This document shows positions 39,701-49,748 of a stretch of 64,000 nt of DNA, piece by piece. Every line of letters begins with the position of its first letter. Position 1 is the first letter of the stretch. This stretch comes from an uncultured virus (IMG/VR IMGVR_UViG_2558309035_000001) (Duplodnaviria > Heunggongvirae > Uroviricota > Caudoviricetes): the IMG/VR virus record IMGVR_UViG_2558309035_000001. One strand, written 5' to 3'. Made by a program: the position numbers and the translations under genes. The notes beneath the pieces are model-generated. The model was not told the DNA's origin and made no database searches. It saw nothing but the letters and a program-made list of their open reading frames with translations.

Positions 39701-40267
39701 TTAGCAATTGTAGTTATCTACAAATGCATGAAGCTTATTACTTGCATACTCAAATGAACCTCTCAACGCAATATGCCAAGGTTCTGTGATAAAAAATTGT
39801 TGATATTCAAATTGCTTTGGTATTGAATATTCATATCCTGTACTTTTATCGGGATAGTCACCAAATGGATCATTATGCAAAAAAACTGGAACTCCAGCTT
39901 GTTTTAAAACCTCAAATTTTCTTTTTAATTGCAGACCTAAAACGTCCCTGTAATTAAAATCAAGACCAGATTCCAACCTCTCTGTTTTAAATTTCAACAA
40001 CTCAATACTCAATTCATCAAATCTCCTAAAGTTATCAGGCTTTATATCTTTCTCCAGCACCACTTTGTTCGCAAAAAGAGGATATCTATATCGGTACTCA
40101 TCTACATGAATCGGACTTTTCTCAGCCAATTCTTGCATAAAGGTTTTATGTTCAGGAAAATTCAAATGTTCACGTTTCCAAGACTCAATATCACTTGACT
40201 TATAATAACTATGCATGTCATCTTGCATTCTAGTTTTCTTTTCCCAATTCGTAGAAGTTCCATACAT
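39701..40267 (-). CDS. Hypothetical protein (moron downstream of the terminase)
   Basis: 188-aa ORF. Confidence 0.65.
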   Translation of the reverse strand: MYGTSTNWEKKTRMQDDMHSYYKSSDIESWKREHLNFPEHKTFMQELAEKSPIHVDEYRYRYPLFANKVVLEKDIKPDNFRRFDELSIELLKFKTERLESGLDFNYRDVLGLQLKRKFEVLKQAGVPVFLHNDPFGDYPDKSTGYEYSIPKQFEYQQFFITEPWHIALRGSFEYASNKLHAFVDNYNC

Positions 40268-40288
40268 ACTATAAATTTACAAAAATTT

Positions 40289-41995
40289 CTAATCCATCAC
40301 ACTAGGTTCCATCATGGCGCCGCCTTTCTTATTGCTCGCTACTTTCACCCATTCTGGTCTCCACATTAAATATTTAAACGCATCACTGAAATTGGTAGAT
40401 TGCATCGGCAATTTCTTCAGATCCAGCTTTTCGCTGCTCTTATCTTTCAACACTTCAATACTGCCGGTACGGGTATTCTTTTTCATTTTCGTTTTTGAAA
40501 GTTCCAGACTACTTTTCAATTCGCGGCACTGGTACCTGTCTATTTTTAATTTCGGAATGCCGTCATAATACTCCCCCATTAACTTTTTGGCGTAGTTGAA
40601 TTCTTCATCATGGTAAATGGTACGTTGGTTCTTGCTTTTTAATACTACTGTCCAACCCGTTGCCACTCCGTCATATTTTTCAATATGGTTCTGCAGCTCC
40701 GTTGCCCAATCCTTTTTCATTTGGGCGTACTGGTTACCACTACGGTCATAATAAAGGTTCAGAACCTTCTTTTTATGATGTTTATTAAAATCGATAAACT
40801 GTTTCGCCAATTCTTTCAAGTTATCTGGCGCCAATGTGTATAGATTTTTAAGGCAATAGTAGTATCTGCCTAATTCCTGACCGAGAACCATGCTGCACAT
40901 GTTCCCAAAATCTACACCGGCATCGAGCTCTTTGTCCAGGTTAATATATTTGAGCGCCAAGCTCGTCTCTTCAATTTCTTCACCAATGGCATAATCGTTA
41001 TAAAAATCGGAGAAAACCCCGTCATCATAAAAGTGATGTTTGCCCAGGTTAATGTAGAACCGCTCGCCCTTCTTCAATTCTGCCTTTAAAGACAGAATAC
41101 TGGCTTTGAACTCCTCGATACCCAATGCTTTCAGCGAATCGGTAAAATAACCGCTTGTAAGCACATCTACGTTCACATAACTACTTACGACATAGAAGAA
41201 GGTAGAATCTTTACGAGCGCGCACCCAACGTTCCGTCCAACGCTCTAAATTTCTTCTAAGGTTACCTGTTTTAATTCTATCATTATCACGAATGGCATTA
41301 TACAGCTCTTTTTTAATCTCATTTAATACAAGAGCAACTTGAAGAGCGAGTTTTATCTGCTCCAAGTCCATATTTTTTTCTTCGTCTAAACACCAATCAT
41401 AATCACCCTCTGCAACATTAGGCATATCAGTTGTAAATGTCCTACCTCTATAATAAACAGAATGTCCAAAACGCACATATTCACCACGTAATGCTGGAGT
41501 TAACTTCTTTAATTTATTTGGATCTATATATCTAACTTCATCACCGAACAAATGTTGGTAACTGTTTCCAGCTGCACCTGCAGGTTGGTCCATGGAAACC
41601 AGGTTATAAAAACACCCATTAAATACACTGATGGTATGCTTGTACTGACTTACCGGTTTATACGGAAGTTTAAAGTGTGCAGGCGGCCGCTCATCGGTAA
41701 CGTAGTGGGTTCCTTCTCTCCACCCTTTGCGCTCCCAACCTTCTAACAAGGTTGGCACCACGTTCTTTAACGCATTTACATACGTGTCCGCGACAAATAC
41801 CTGATAACTCCCTGGCATATCATAACAAACTTCAATACTCCGTTCCGCATGAATATCACCAGTTTTAGAAGTTCCACGCCCACCAATAAATATCAATGTT
41901 TTGGGAGATATCAGGTCAATACTCATTTTAACCCAAGAGCCAAATCTACCTTCTACATCTAGGTTTTTATGATTTACGTGCGTCTTCCGAGCCAT
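40289..41995 (-). CDS. terL: Terminase large subunit
   Basis: Walker A GGRGTSKT, Walker B LFGDE, nuclease GVDFGN, YYDRSGN, TNFSDAFKY. Confidence 0.88.
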   Translation of the reverse strand: MARKTHVNHKNLDVEGRFGSWVKMSIDLISPKTLIFIGGRGTSKTGDIHAERSIEVCYDMPGSYQVFVADTYVNALKNVVPTLLEGWERKGWREGTHYVTDERPPAHFKLPYKPVSQYKHTISVFNGCFYNLVSMDQPAGAAGNSYQHLFGDEVRYIDPNKLKKLTPALRGEYVRFGHSVYYRGRTFTTDMPNVAEGDYDWCLDEEKNMDLEQIKLALQVALVLNEIKKELYNAIRDNDRIKTGNLRRNLERWTERWVRARKDSTFFYVVSSYVNVDVLTSGYFTDSLKALGIEEFKASILSLKAELKKGERFYINLGKHHFYDDGVFSDFYNDYAIGEEIEETSLALKYINLDKELDAGVDFGNMCSMVLGQELGRYYYCLKNLYTLAPDNLKELAKQFIDFNKHHKKKVLNLYYDRSGNQYAQMKKDWATELQNHIEKYDGVATGWTVVLKSKNQRTIYHDEEFNYAKKLMGEYYDGIPKLKIDRYQCRELKSSLELSKTKMKKNTRTGSIEVLKDKSSEKLDLKKLPMQSTNFSDAFKYLMWRPEWVKVASNKKGGAMMEPSVMD

Positions 41996-42599
41996 CTACG
42001 AATATTTTTACGGGTAATACTGCAGCTTCACGCTTGATCATTTCACGTTCCTTTTCGCTCAGCTCGGGCAAATTGTCTATCTGCTCCGCCAATTTGTGCC
42101 TGTTTACGGTAGGCAAGCCTAAGAATTCGGCATCCATCGCATAAAGCTTCCAAGGTTTTGCGAACCATTCTTCCGGTAGTTCCTCTTTATCGGCAACGTG
42201 CAGCTGTCTAAGACTGGCAAGGTCCATTCTCATTTTAGAAATCTTTGCCAGATCGCTTACATCTTTTGCCAGAGCTCTTGCCAGGGCAATATCTTTTTCC
42301 TGGTCTTCGGCATACATATTTATGTACGCCTCTTTAGTAATTTTGGTATCGCAATAAAAGTACTGGGTAGCGTCATTGTAGAATTGGGTAGCCAAGTAAC
42401 GGGAGAACCCGTCTACCTTCATTAAATGTTTAATGATGTGGTCTTTACTGGGAAAATTGCTAAAACGCAAGCGCATACCGCGCACTTTGTCCAGCACCTC
42501 TAAATATTCCACAATGGCGGGATCTGCTTTATCGGGATTGCCGTTCTCTATAAAGTCATAGAGAATATCCAACGATATATCTTCCAATTTCAATCTCAT
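41967..42599 (-). CDS. Terminase-associated hypothetical protein
   Basis: 210 aa overlapping the terL start. Confidence 0.55.
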   Translation of the reverse strand: MRLKLEDISLDILYDFIENGNPDKADPAIVEYLEVLDKVRGMRLRFSNFPSKDHIIKHLMKVDGFSRYLATQFYNDATQYFYCDTKITKEAYINMYAEDQEKDIALARALAKDVSDLAKISKMRMDLASLRQLHVADKEELPEEWFAKPWKLYAMDAEFLGLPTVNRHKLAEQIDNLPELSEKEREMIKREAAVLPVKIFVDGSEDARKS

Positions 42600-42910
42600 T
42601 CCGTACCAAAATAAATTTGTTCCTTCAGGTTTTCTACCTGAACACGCTCCCGGTTCTTTTCAAATATCTGTGCTGCAGTAATATTACCACTACGGGCATT
42701 CTCCAATAATTTCTGGTTGATCTCAAAATCAGCAACCAGCTGACCCCTATCATAGTGATGACGTACCAAACTATTGAGATTCTCCCAATCGATCCGAAAT
42801 TCCTTTTTGTCTAGGCTTAAATACATCGCAATTTTATCGACACCATAATTCGCCGCCGATAAATCTTCAATCTGTTCATACTCCTCTTGAGATAGTTTCA
42901 TTTTATCCAA
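42596..42910 (-). CDS. Terminase small subunit-like protein
   Basis: HTH (VDKIAMYLSLD) followed by YDRGQL...LLENARSGNITAAQIF. Confidence 0.6.
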   Translation of the reverse strand: MDKMKLSQEEYEQIEDLSAANYGVDKIAMYLSLDKKEFRIDWENLNSLVRHHYDRGQLVADFEINQKLLENARSGNITAAQIFEKNRERVQVENLKEQIYFGTE

Positions 42911-43119
42911 TAATTATAAATTCCTTGACTCCATGAATACGTATAGAAAAGTGTCATTATTAAGATTCCCCATTGCTCATTAACTACGGATGAATAAATC
43001 CAAAAAGGCTGACCTAGCAAACCTAAAATATAGCCCCACCGTTTCCAGCTTTCTTTACGCCCCACAAACCAAATAGCCGAAGCCCCAAAAATCATAATAC
43101 CTATCTGAGCTATATCCAT
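42898..43119 (-). CDS. Small 3-TM membrane protein (PnuC/DUF2842-like)
   Basis: RWGYILGLLGQPFW...WSQGIYNYW. Confidence 0.6.
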   Translation of the reverse strand: MDIAQIGIMIFGASAIWFVGRKESWKRWGYILGLLGQPFWIYSSVVNEQWGILIMTLFYTYSWSQGIYNYWIK

Positions 43120-43148
43120 ACTTTGTACTTAATACTTTTATCTTAATA

Positions 43149-43230
43149 CCAACAACGAACAACCAACAACCACCAACGAACAACCAACAACCATCAACCA
43201 ACAACCAACAACTAACAACCATCAAACAAC
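43149..43230. repeat. Degenerate 7-bp tandem repeat (CCAACAA/CGAACAA)
   Basis: About 11 imperfect units between the PLD-like gene and the small membrane gene. Confidence 0.75.
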
Positions 43231-43808
43231 TCCCTCCTAAACTCAAACAACCCTTTACTATTCGCAAACACATATTGTTCATAGTGTGCGTTCTCGCTCC
43301 AATTGCCACTGCCTTCAATACAGTAATGGGCATCCATGGTCTCCAGTAAACAGATTTTAGCGTGTGTCCATGCATATTTTACACAGATATTAGGTCTTGA
43401 CTTTACCAATCCATTCAGTAAATCGATCGTTACCGGATTCCGTTTCGGCATACTTTCATTGATCAACAGCGTTATCTTTTCGATAACCCCTGCATCGTGC
43501 AGTTCTACCATGGCTTCAATAGTTCGCCGACTAATACTATAGGTACTGGCGAACAATTCTTTAATAGCGTAGTTACGGGCAACAAAGGGTATGAACGTAA
43601 AGGCATTAAAAGCCCCGTCTGTCTGCAGAAAGAAAAATTCTTCTTTACTGGGCAACCTGCCCAGGTCTTTATCTAGCTGCTTTATTTTTTGATAATGCCC
43701 CAATAAATACTTAGAAGTAAAATTGGGGCTCTTATCGTTTACAACATCGTTTTTCGCACTCGCCTGTCGTAAATCAAAAAATTTATTTTTTCTTTCCGAT
43801 GCGCTCAT
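43212..43808 (-). CDS. Phospholipase D-fold (single HxK motif) nuclease-like protein
   Basis: THAKICLL...IEGSGNWSEN...EQ. Confidence 0.7.
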   Translation of the reverse strand: MSASERKNKFFDLRQASAKNDVVNDKSPNFTSKYLLGHYQKIKQLDKDLGRLPSKEEFFFLQTDGAFNAFTFIPFVARNYAIKELFASTYSISRRTIEAMVELHDAGVIEKITLLINESMPKRNPVTIDLLNGLVKSRPNICVKYAWTHAKICLLETMDAHYCIEGSGNWSENAHYEQYVFANSKGLFEFRRELFDGC

Positions 43809-44976
43809 CCAATAGGTTCAACTCTTGATTCAACTCTTGAATTTTTCCCTTTATCTTGGTTGCTGCAGCTTCATCTTTTGCAGATTTCAATTTCTTGTTT
43901 TCTTTACTGATATAGCTACGCACGTTTTTCTGGCGGTTCACCAAATCTACATCGCTCATAGCGGCAACCTTTTCTTTTAGTTGATCATCGGCAAAAATGG
44001 GGTGATTACCCAAAACCTCTTTATGCTCGTTGTAGAACTCCAGCTCATCCCAAATACTTTGTTTTAATTGGAAGGCATCAATAGTTTCTTTTCCTATTGC
44101 ATAGATTTCAGCATCCGTTAACGTACGGTTATCTTTTCCTTCTTCCGTAACTATAAGCAAAGCAGCATGCCCCGCTTTAAAAGCATCTAAAGCTGTAAAA
44201 AAATCATTAATTAGTATTTTAAACTTATCCGGACAATCCGTTTCTCCCAAGAATGCAAAACGCTCTCTTACTTTTAATCCACTTTTAACTTCTTCTGATG
44301 CAGACTCTAATTCACTTATAAGTGAATTTGTTCCGTTTTTCGCAACATATGTATCGTTATTCAGGATATCTGCACTCTTATTTAGCGTATTTGCTAAATC
44401 AATAGATCCTGCAGAACCTGGTCCAGATTGTTCTTGAATTATACCAGTAATCTTATCAGCAAAGGCATTAACCAAATTATTCTCATCTTTCCAATCTGCA
44501 ATAGACACATAAATGGTTTTAAATATTTCCTCTTCGCTCATCGGCGTCTTATCCGGCATTAAGAATACAGCTTTATGCTTTTCTACAAATTCAGATAATG
44601 GTTTGAATAATACCTTTGTTTCCGCAGGATAATCTCCTGCAGGCATATTCGCAATGAAAACAACAATAGCCTTTATTTCATCAGGCACCAACGCCAAAAC
44701 AGCATCTAAAGAGTCACCATCATCAGACTTCGTACTTTGTACTTTTGGCTTTTTATTTTTAGAACTTGCCATCTCCACATCACTCACCCCATGCAATTGC
44801 TGCAGGTCATAACAGATGTTTTTGAGATTCGTTTCCGTGAAGCCACTACGGTAATAACTATTTACCTGGGCTACACTCTTACCCTCACTTTTTTGTAATA
44901 AGGCCATAGCCTCATTATAACGCTCTTCCGGCACTCCGGACCCATCCTTTAAAAAGGCTAAAACTTTATCTTTCAT
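43783..44976 (-). CDS. Phage hypothetical protein (first gene of the packaging operon)
   Basis: 397 aa directly downstream of a late promoter motif. Confidence 0.7.
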   Translation of the reverse strand: MKDKVLAFLKDGSGVPEERYNEAMALLQKSEGKSVAQVNSYYRSGFTETNLKNICYDLQQLHGVSDVEMASSKNKKPKVQSTKSDDGDSLDAVLALVPDEIKAIVVFIANMPAGDYPAETKVLFKPLSEFVEKHKAVFLMPDKTPMSEEEIFKTIYVSIADWKDENNLVNAFADKITGIIQEQSGPGSAGSIDLANTLNKSADILNNDTYVAKNGTNSLISELESASEEVKSGLKVRERFAFLGETDCPDKFKILINDFFTALDAFKAGHAALLIVTEEGKDNRTLTDAEIYAIGKETIDAFQLKQSIWDELEFYNEHKEVLGNHPIFADDQLKEKVAAMSDVDLVNRQKNVRSYISKENKKLKSAKDEAAATKIKGKIQELNQELNLLDERIGKKK

Positions 44977-45010
44977 ATTGTGATCAGATTTTATTTGTAC
45001 TTGCTTACTT

Positions 45011-45051
45011 CAAATATGGCAATTGCCAATTGCAAACGGTGTAACATGAAG
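45011..45051 (-). promoter_or_regulatory. Late promoter motif CTTCATGTTACA-N21-CATATTTG
   Basis: Conserved motif and spacing. Confidence 0.65.
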
Positions 45052-45102
45052 AAAACAGGGCATGTCGAAACAATGTCGAACATTTGTCTAACATTTGTCC
45101 AT

Positions 45103-45136
45103 AAAAAAAATCCCCTACACTCCTGCAGGGGATTTT
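45103..45136 (-). terminator. Terminator after the capsid/major tail genes
   Basis: AAAATCCCCT...AGGGGATTTT with an 8-nt U tract on the minus strand. Confidence 0.65.
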
Positions 45137-45167
45137 CAATCTAAACAACCAAACTAACTCAAACTAA

Positions 45168-45995
45168 TTAAGCTCTTTTCTGTTCTATTAAATAGGTAGT
45201 TGCACCAGCTTTGTAGACCTTTAAATCTAACACCGCATTTTTGGTCGCAGCCCAATCTGTACCGTTCGCTAAAATAACCGTTGCAGCTGTAGCCGCACCG
45301 CCGCTTAGCACATAAGGGTCAGCACCACCGTCACCAATTAAACTCACCACAGCACCATGGTCAAGGTCGATAGCGGCAATATCTAATGCCGTACCTAATG
45401 CGTTGGCTGCCAATTGGTATTGAGAACCGTTCGCTTTCAACAACGAAATGTTTTCATCGGCAACCTCAAAAGGATCTGCCATTACAATAGCACCTCTAAA
45501 CAATGCAGGTAAATACCCCGTTGCCAAAGGTTGCTCGAACATAAGGTCATGTGCCGTTCTGGTATCATCGATAACACCGGTAGGCTTCATACGTAATGGT
45601 GAACATGGCGTACCATATTGGTCATACTCCGCACCTTGGCAATCACCAGATAACAAAATTACATCTTTACCCAGTGTATTCTGAATGAACTCACGAAGCT
45701 CTAAACTGTTACCAGGCGAAGAGCCTTCAAATTTTTGTGGTACAACTTCCGCATCTACATCGCCCTCACCGGTATAACCAGGCTTTTGCTTTTTAGGTGT
45801 CATGTAAATTTGATGCATACTGGTACCAGGTTTCATCACAAAGTTTCCGTCTAGCAGAATTCCCCCTGCATCACGTACTGGCCATGATAAAATATCATCT
45901 ACGAATATGATGGTCACATTCGGATTCTTTGGTTTCGCTGCACCTGGGGCAATCCCTACAGGAGCCGGAACCGATTTTCTTGTATATATTGGCAT
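45168..45995 (-). CDS. Probable major tail protein with a C-terminal beta-rich decoration domain
   Basis: Directly after the capsid gene; GTPCSPL motif; positional call. Confidence 0.6.
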   Translation of the reverse strand: MPIYTRKSVPAPVGIAPGAAKPKNPNVTIIFVDDILSWPVRDAGGILLDGNFVMKPGTSMHQIYMTPKKQKPGYTGEGDVDAEVVPQKFEGSSPGNSLELREFIQNTLGKDVILLSGDCQGAEYDQYGTPCSPLRMKPTGVIDDTRTAHDLMFEQPLATGYLPALFRGAIVMADPFEVADENISLLKANGSQYQLAANALGTALDIAAIDLDHGAVVSLIGDGGADPYVLSGGAATAATVILANGTDWAATKNAVLDLKVYKAGATTYLIEQKRA

Positions 45996-46052
45996 AACTT
46001 TTTAAGTATTAAAAGTCCCCCCGTAAAAAACAGAAGGACTATAGATTAATGA

Positions 46053-48179
46053 TTAGGCGATATCCCTTTCAGATTCGTACCATACTCCGCCTACATTGAC
46101 TAAAGTCACGTAGTCTGCCGCAAGGGCAAGAACAGCATTAGCAGTAACATCTATATTACCGGCAACATCACTTACCGTAAGTGTTACACCAGCAGCGGCA
46201 TTACCATAAATAGTAACCGAATCGCCTTCTACACCTTTAAGTATAGCTTCTAGTACATCGCTAGCCGCACCGGTAAATCTGAATACGCTACCATTGCTGG
46301 CATCGATCGTATCACCGTCAAAGTTTACATCTTCGTCTGCAGCTACAGCTGGCGGTCCTGCAGTTCTGCTCAATTCTGTAATTGTACCGTCGTTCTTAAC
46401 GAATAGTGTTAGAATGCCACCACTTTTTAGATCGAACGTAGCAGTTAACGTTAGGTTGCCCGTAGAATTTACATTCTTACTGGCTGCCATATTTGTATTA
46501 CCTTCTAACTTAATGATCTGACCAGGTTGTGCACCTTCAATATGTGTTATTGGCGTTGCCCAAGCAGCGTCAACTTTCATATAGCCATACTTCGCTTTAA
46601 TGGTACCCGTGGCATCATCAAACAGCGGAATGTTCACATCGCTCTTAAAGATCGGCACATCGTTCGTCCAAACACTTTGTACTTTAAATTCTAATGGATC
46701 ACCATCTTTAATCTTGTTACCCACATGGATCAAACGAATACCTTGCTTGTAATCTGCCCATATGTACATGATTCTTTTTAGGTACTCAAAATGATATAAT
46801 GATTTTTCTTTCGGAATGTTTTCCAACAATTCAATGTTATCATCAAAGGTGATGAACATGACATCTAAACCTTCTAAATCTGGCATCACTTCGAACTGAA
46901 CGTTGCTGTAATCCTTAGGGTTTACAGGATAACCCGTATAGTTGTTCTGTGTACCGTGAATTTGCTCATATCTACGCTTGTAGGCTTTGATCCAATATGG
47001 CGAAATGTAGAACACCAAATTTGGCATAACACGCACATCTAAATCCAAACTTTCTATCATTTTGTCTACATAATCGACAATGTTAGAAGTGGTAGGCGTA
47101 CCTACTGCAAACGGCTTGAATTTTTTGGTAATGAACCTACCTTTGTACAATTGGTATAACAGACCATCTTGTCTGTTAATGAATTTACCGGGAGTAGTAG
47201 CATCTTCAGGAGTAGCAACGTGAATACCTTTTACAGTAGAGATACGATCTTCAACACGCGCTTTTTTATCCAATTCAGATACCAAGAACATTACAAAAGA
47301 CTCTTTGTAAGGCTGAGAACCTTCTTTATTCCATTTGTTCAACCAGCTAGCTTCCATTTTCTGTAAGTAGTAACCAATGAACTCAATGTCTATTTGTACA
47401 GGGAATATTTGACCTTCCTCTGCCTGGATCATTTGTTTGTTCTTCGGTAACCAAGGCAGTTTTCTAGCTTGGGTAATAGGTGCCGAAACTATGTTACCGT
47501 CACTTACCTTATCATCTACGTTAAAACGTTTGGGCCAAAACGATGGTAAACCAAAATTATCTCTATGTAGTGATTTAATAGTTTCAGGATTCTCTCTAAA
47601 ATAATGATCCAAATCATCGTTCAATTTCTCAACGATCACTTTATCACTGAACTCCGTTGCATCGGTTACGATACCTGCAGCTCTTTGGTTCCATGGTCTA
47701 CCCGCAAAAGCGTTGTAAGCTTTGTTGTCTCCCCATAAATGGGTAGCACTGTGCATTGCTTTTTTACCTGGTGATGGAACTATAGCTAAGGGAGCATCAG
47801 GTTCAGATTCGTTTATCAACTTATCTATCTGTTGCTTCATTAACTTGTTACTGGCATTAAGCGCAGCAATTTGTCCGGGTACATCGCCTTCGGCGATTTT
47901 AGCATCCACTTCCTCTTCAGTATGTCCGGCTTCTTGCAATGCCGTTTTCAATTCACTGTTTAAACGAGCCTCACGCTGGGCATCGGTTTCCATCTTTGCG
48001 AGATCACGATTAAAAGCGTTTATCGCTTCATCTACATCACTCTCAGCCTCTAGCCGTTTCGCTAATTGCTGTTTTTGGTCATCTGTAAAATTGACCTTTC
48101 CCTCCAATACCGGAATTTCTCCGATACCGAGGATCCCACAAACAATTGTGGCTAAATTTGCTGCTAATGTCCATTTCAT
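46053..48179 (-). CDS. Major capsid protein with an N-terminal scaffold-like region and two C-terminal decoration domains
   Basis: 708 aa, follows the S49 protease; N-terminal coiled coil, central capsid-like region. Confidence 0.75.
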   Translation of the reverse strand: MKWTLAANLATIVCGILGIGEIPVLEGKVNFTDDQKQQLAKRLEAESDVDEAINAFNRDLAKMETDAQREARLNSELKTALQEAGHTEEEVDAKIAEGDVPGQIAALNASNKLMKQQIDKLINESEPDAPLAIVPSPGKKAMHSATHLWGDNKAYNAFAGRPWNQRAAGIVTDATEFSDKVIVEKLNDDLDHYFRENPETIKSLHRDNFGLPSFWPKRFNVDDKVSDGNIVSAPITQARKLPWLPKNKQMIQAEEGQIFPVQIDIEFIGYYLQKMEASWLNKWNKEGSQPYKESFVMFLVSELDKKARVEDRISTVKGIHVATPEDATTPGKFINRQDGLLYQLYKGRFITKKFKPFAVGTPTTSNIVDYVDKMIESLDLDVRVMPNLVFYISPYWIKAYKRRYEQIHGTQNNYTGYPVNPKDYSNVQFEVMPDLEGLDVMFITFDDNIELLENIPKEKSLYHFEYLKRIMYIWADYKQGIRLIHVGNKIKDGDPLEFKVQSVWTNDVPIFKSDVNIPLFDDATGTIKAKYGYMKVDAAWATPITHIEGAQPGQIIKLEGNTNMAASKNVNSTGNLTLTATFDLKSGGILTLFVKNDGTITELSRTAGPPAVAADEDVNFDGDTIDASNGSVFRFTGAASDVLEAILKGVEGDSVTIYGNAAAGVTLTVSDVAGNIDVTANAVLALAADYVTLVNVGGVWYESERDIA

Positions 48180-48199
48180 GGCTTTCTATAATTAAGGGT

Positions 48200-49081
48200 T
48201 TAAATAATTCTCTTTAATTCTGTTCGTAATTGTATTTTATCGATCATACCGATCGCTTCTTTTATACTACCAATGCCGTCTATCATTCCCAAGCCTAAAG
48301 AGGTATCGGCATCATAAGTTTTACCATTGAGCACCCCCGGTTCTTCTTTAAGGTTAGGTCTACCGGCACGCACACCAGCTTGAAATTTTTGAGCAAGTGG
48401 AGATAGCTGCTCTGTCTTTATCATATCATATTTACCCTCTAGCGCCAAACGAAAAGCTTCGTTTTTGTTCGCACTTTCATCTGGATAAATTTCATGGAAC
48501 ACGATCCCCTGTTCTTTATAGTAAGGCTTCACATCTTGAAACGATGCTACTACGCCAACGCTACCAAAACGGGCGCTTACATCATTATCTGCCATTAAGT
48601 AATCGCAGACCGCACACGCCGTCCAATAGTGTAAGCTCATACAGGCATCTGCCAAACCGATAACGGGCTTGGTCTTCGTTTTCGCAAATTGCAAAAACGG
48701 ACCTATAGCACTCACCGCGCCCCCTGGTCCATCGATATTTAAAATACTTCCTTTAATATTGGGGTTGTTCTCTGCCATTTGCAGCGCCCCAACAATTTCA
48801 TCTGCACCATAAGTACACCAATCGCCATATTTAATGACCGCCCCCATCATATCTACCACGGCAACGGAACCTTCTGGGATATCCATATCTCCGTCATCAT
48901 TGGCACGCACACGGTTACCGTTTGGGTCCATGATCTTTACCAGGGCAGTAGTACTGTTTTCAAATTCCACATTCTGCCCGCTGACGATTTTATGCACCGT
49001 TTCACCAAACCCCAATAGGTAGCTTGGTTCCAATAACCAAACCCCTCTAATAACTTCCGATAATAGACGATTTACTTTCAC
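48200..49081 (-). CDS. S49-family prohead protease
   Basis: ILNIDGPGGAV, CMSLHYW, FGSVGV, GMIDGIG. Confidence 0.88.
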   Translation of the reverse strand: MKVNRLLSEVIRGVWLLEPSYLLGFGETVHKIVSGQNVEFENSTTALVKIMDPNGNRVRANDDGDMDIPEGSVAVVDMMGAVIKYGDWCTYGADEIVGALQMAENNPNIKGSILNIDGPGGAVSAIGPFLQFAKTKTKPVIGLADACMSLHYWTACAVCDYLMADNDVSARFGSVGVVASFQDVKPYYKEQGIVFHEIYPDESANKNEAFRLALEGKYDMIKTEQLSPLAQKFQAGVRAGRPNLKEEPGVLNGKTYDADTSLGLGMIDGIGSIKEAIGMIDKIQLRTELKRII

Positions 49082-49085
49082 AACG

Positions 49086-49121
49086 TAAAAATGGGAAGAA
49101 CTGAGCGTTAAGCGTGTAACA
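49086..49121 (-). promoter_or_regulatory. Late promoter motif TGTTACA-N21-CATTTTTA upstream of the protease/capsid operon
   Basis: Same spacing, shorter core match. Confidence 0.5.
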
Positions 49122-49131
49122 CCAAAATCAC

Positions 49132-49159
49132 GTCATTGCGAGCGAAGCGCGGCAATCTG
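49132..49159. repeat. REP-like element GTCATTGCGAGCGAAGCGCGGCAATCTG
   Basis: Resembles the GTCATTGCGAG..GCAATC repeats common in Bacteroidota genomes. Confidence 0.45.
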
Positions 49160-49175
49160 TTTGTTAGGGACACGC

Positions 49176-49745
49176 TTAGTAATTGGTAACCCTATTACTC
49201 TTCTTATGCTGAAACCTGGTCAGTTTATTTTCCTTACTGGTTTCACGGTAATAGAGAATACGCAACGCCTCGGTATCGAAACCAAGTTCTAGCAGGTCGT
49301 ACTCATCCATAAAATCGTTGATGACCTCTTTTACGCCAATATTGGTAAACTGCTTGCTACCGTTAACATAGAAGATGAATGCAGTACGGAAAATGTCTTC
49401 AAAGAAACTATTGATATAGGTGTTGTCAGATTCTGTAAACCTCAAAATTTCATGCACATCTTTACGACTTTTAAAAAGTGAGCTCTCGAACTTTTTACCG
49501 CCCTGCACCATGCGAATACTGAACTGTATTCTATAATCGTACAAATGAGTACTGTCTTCGTACTTAGCATGAATAAGGTTGATAATACGGCAAATGCTAC
49601 TGGTACGGTTCAACTTTATGGCCTTGGTCTGCAGACGTGGCATCATCACCACCTCCTCGGCTTTAAATTCATTGAAAAGAAATGGTACCAGGTGATCTCG
49701 CAACCTGAAGGGAACTAACTGTATTTCTTTTCCTTTATACGTCAA
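49176..49745 (-). CDS. Phage hypothetical protein (candidate late regulator)
   Basis: 189 aa between the lysis and head modules. Confidence 0.55.
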   Translation of the reverse strand: MTYKGKEIQLVPFRLRDHLVPFLFNEFKAEEVVMMPRLQTKAIKLNRTSSICRIINLIHAKYEDSTHLYDYRIQFSIRMVQGGKKFESSLFKSRKDVHEILRFTESDNTYINSFFEDIFRTAFIFYVNGSKQFTNIGVKEVINDFMDEYDLLELGFDTEALRILYYRETSKENKLTRFQHKKSNRVTNY

Positions 49746-49748
49746 ACG

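Noticed and set aside
43055..43375. 106-aa ORF with repeated CWL motifs
   Set aside because: It is a translation of the 7-bp tandem repeat and overlaps two better-supported genes
45062..45100. Four short TGTC-containing direct repeats upstream of a late promoter
   Set aside because: Degenerate and not found at the other late promoters; no function can be supported
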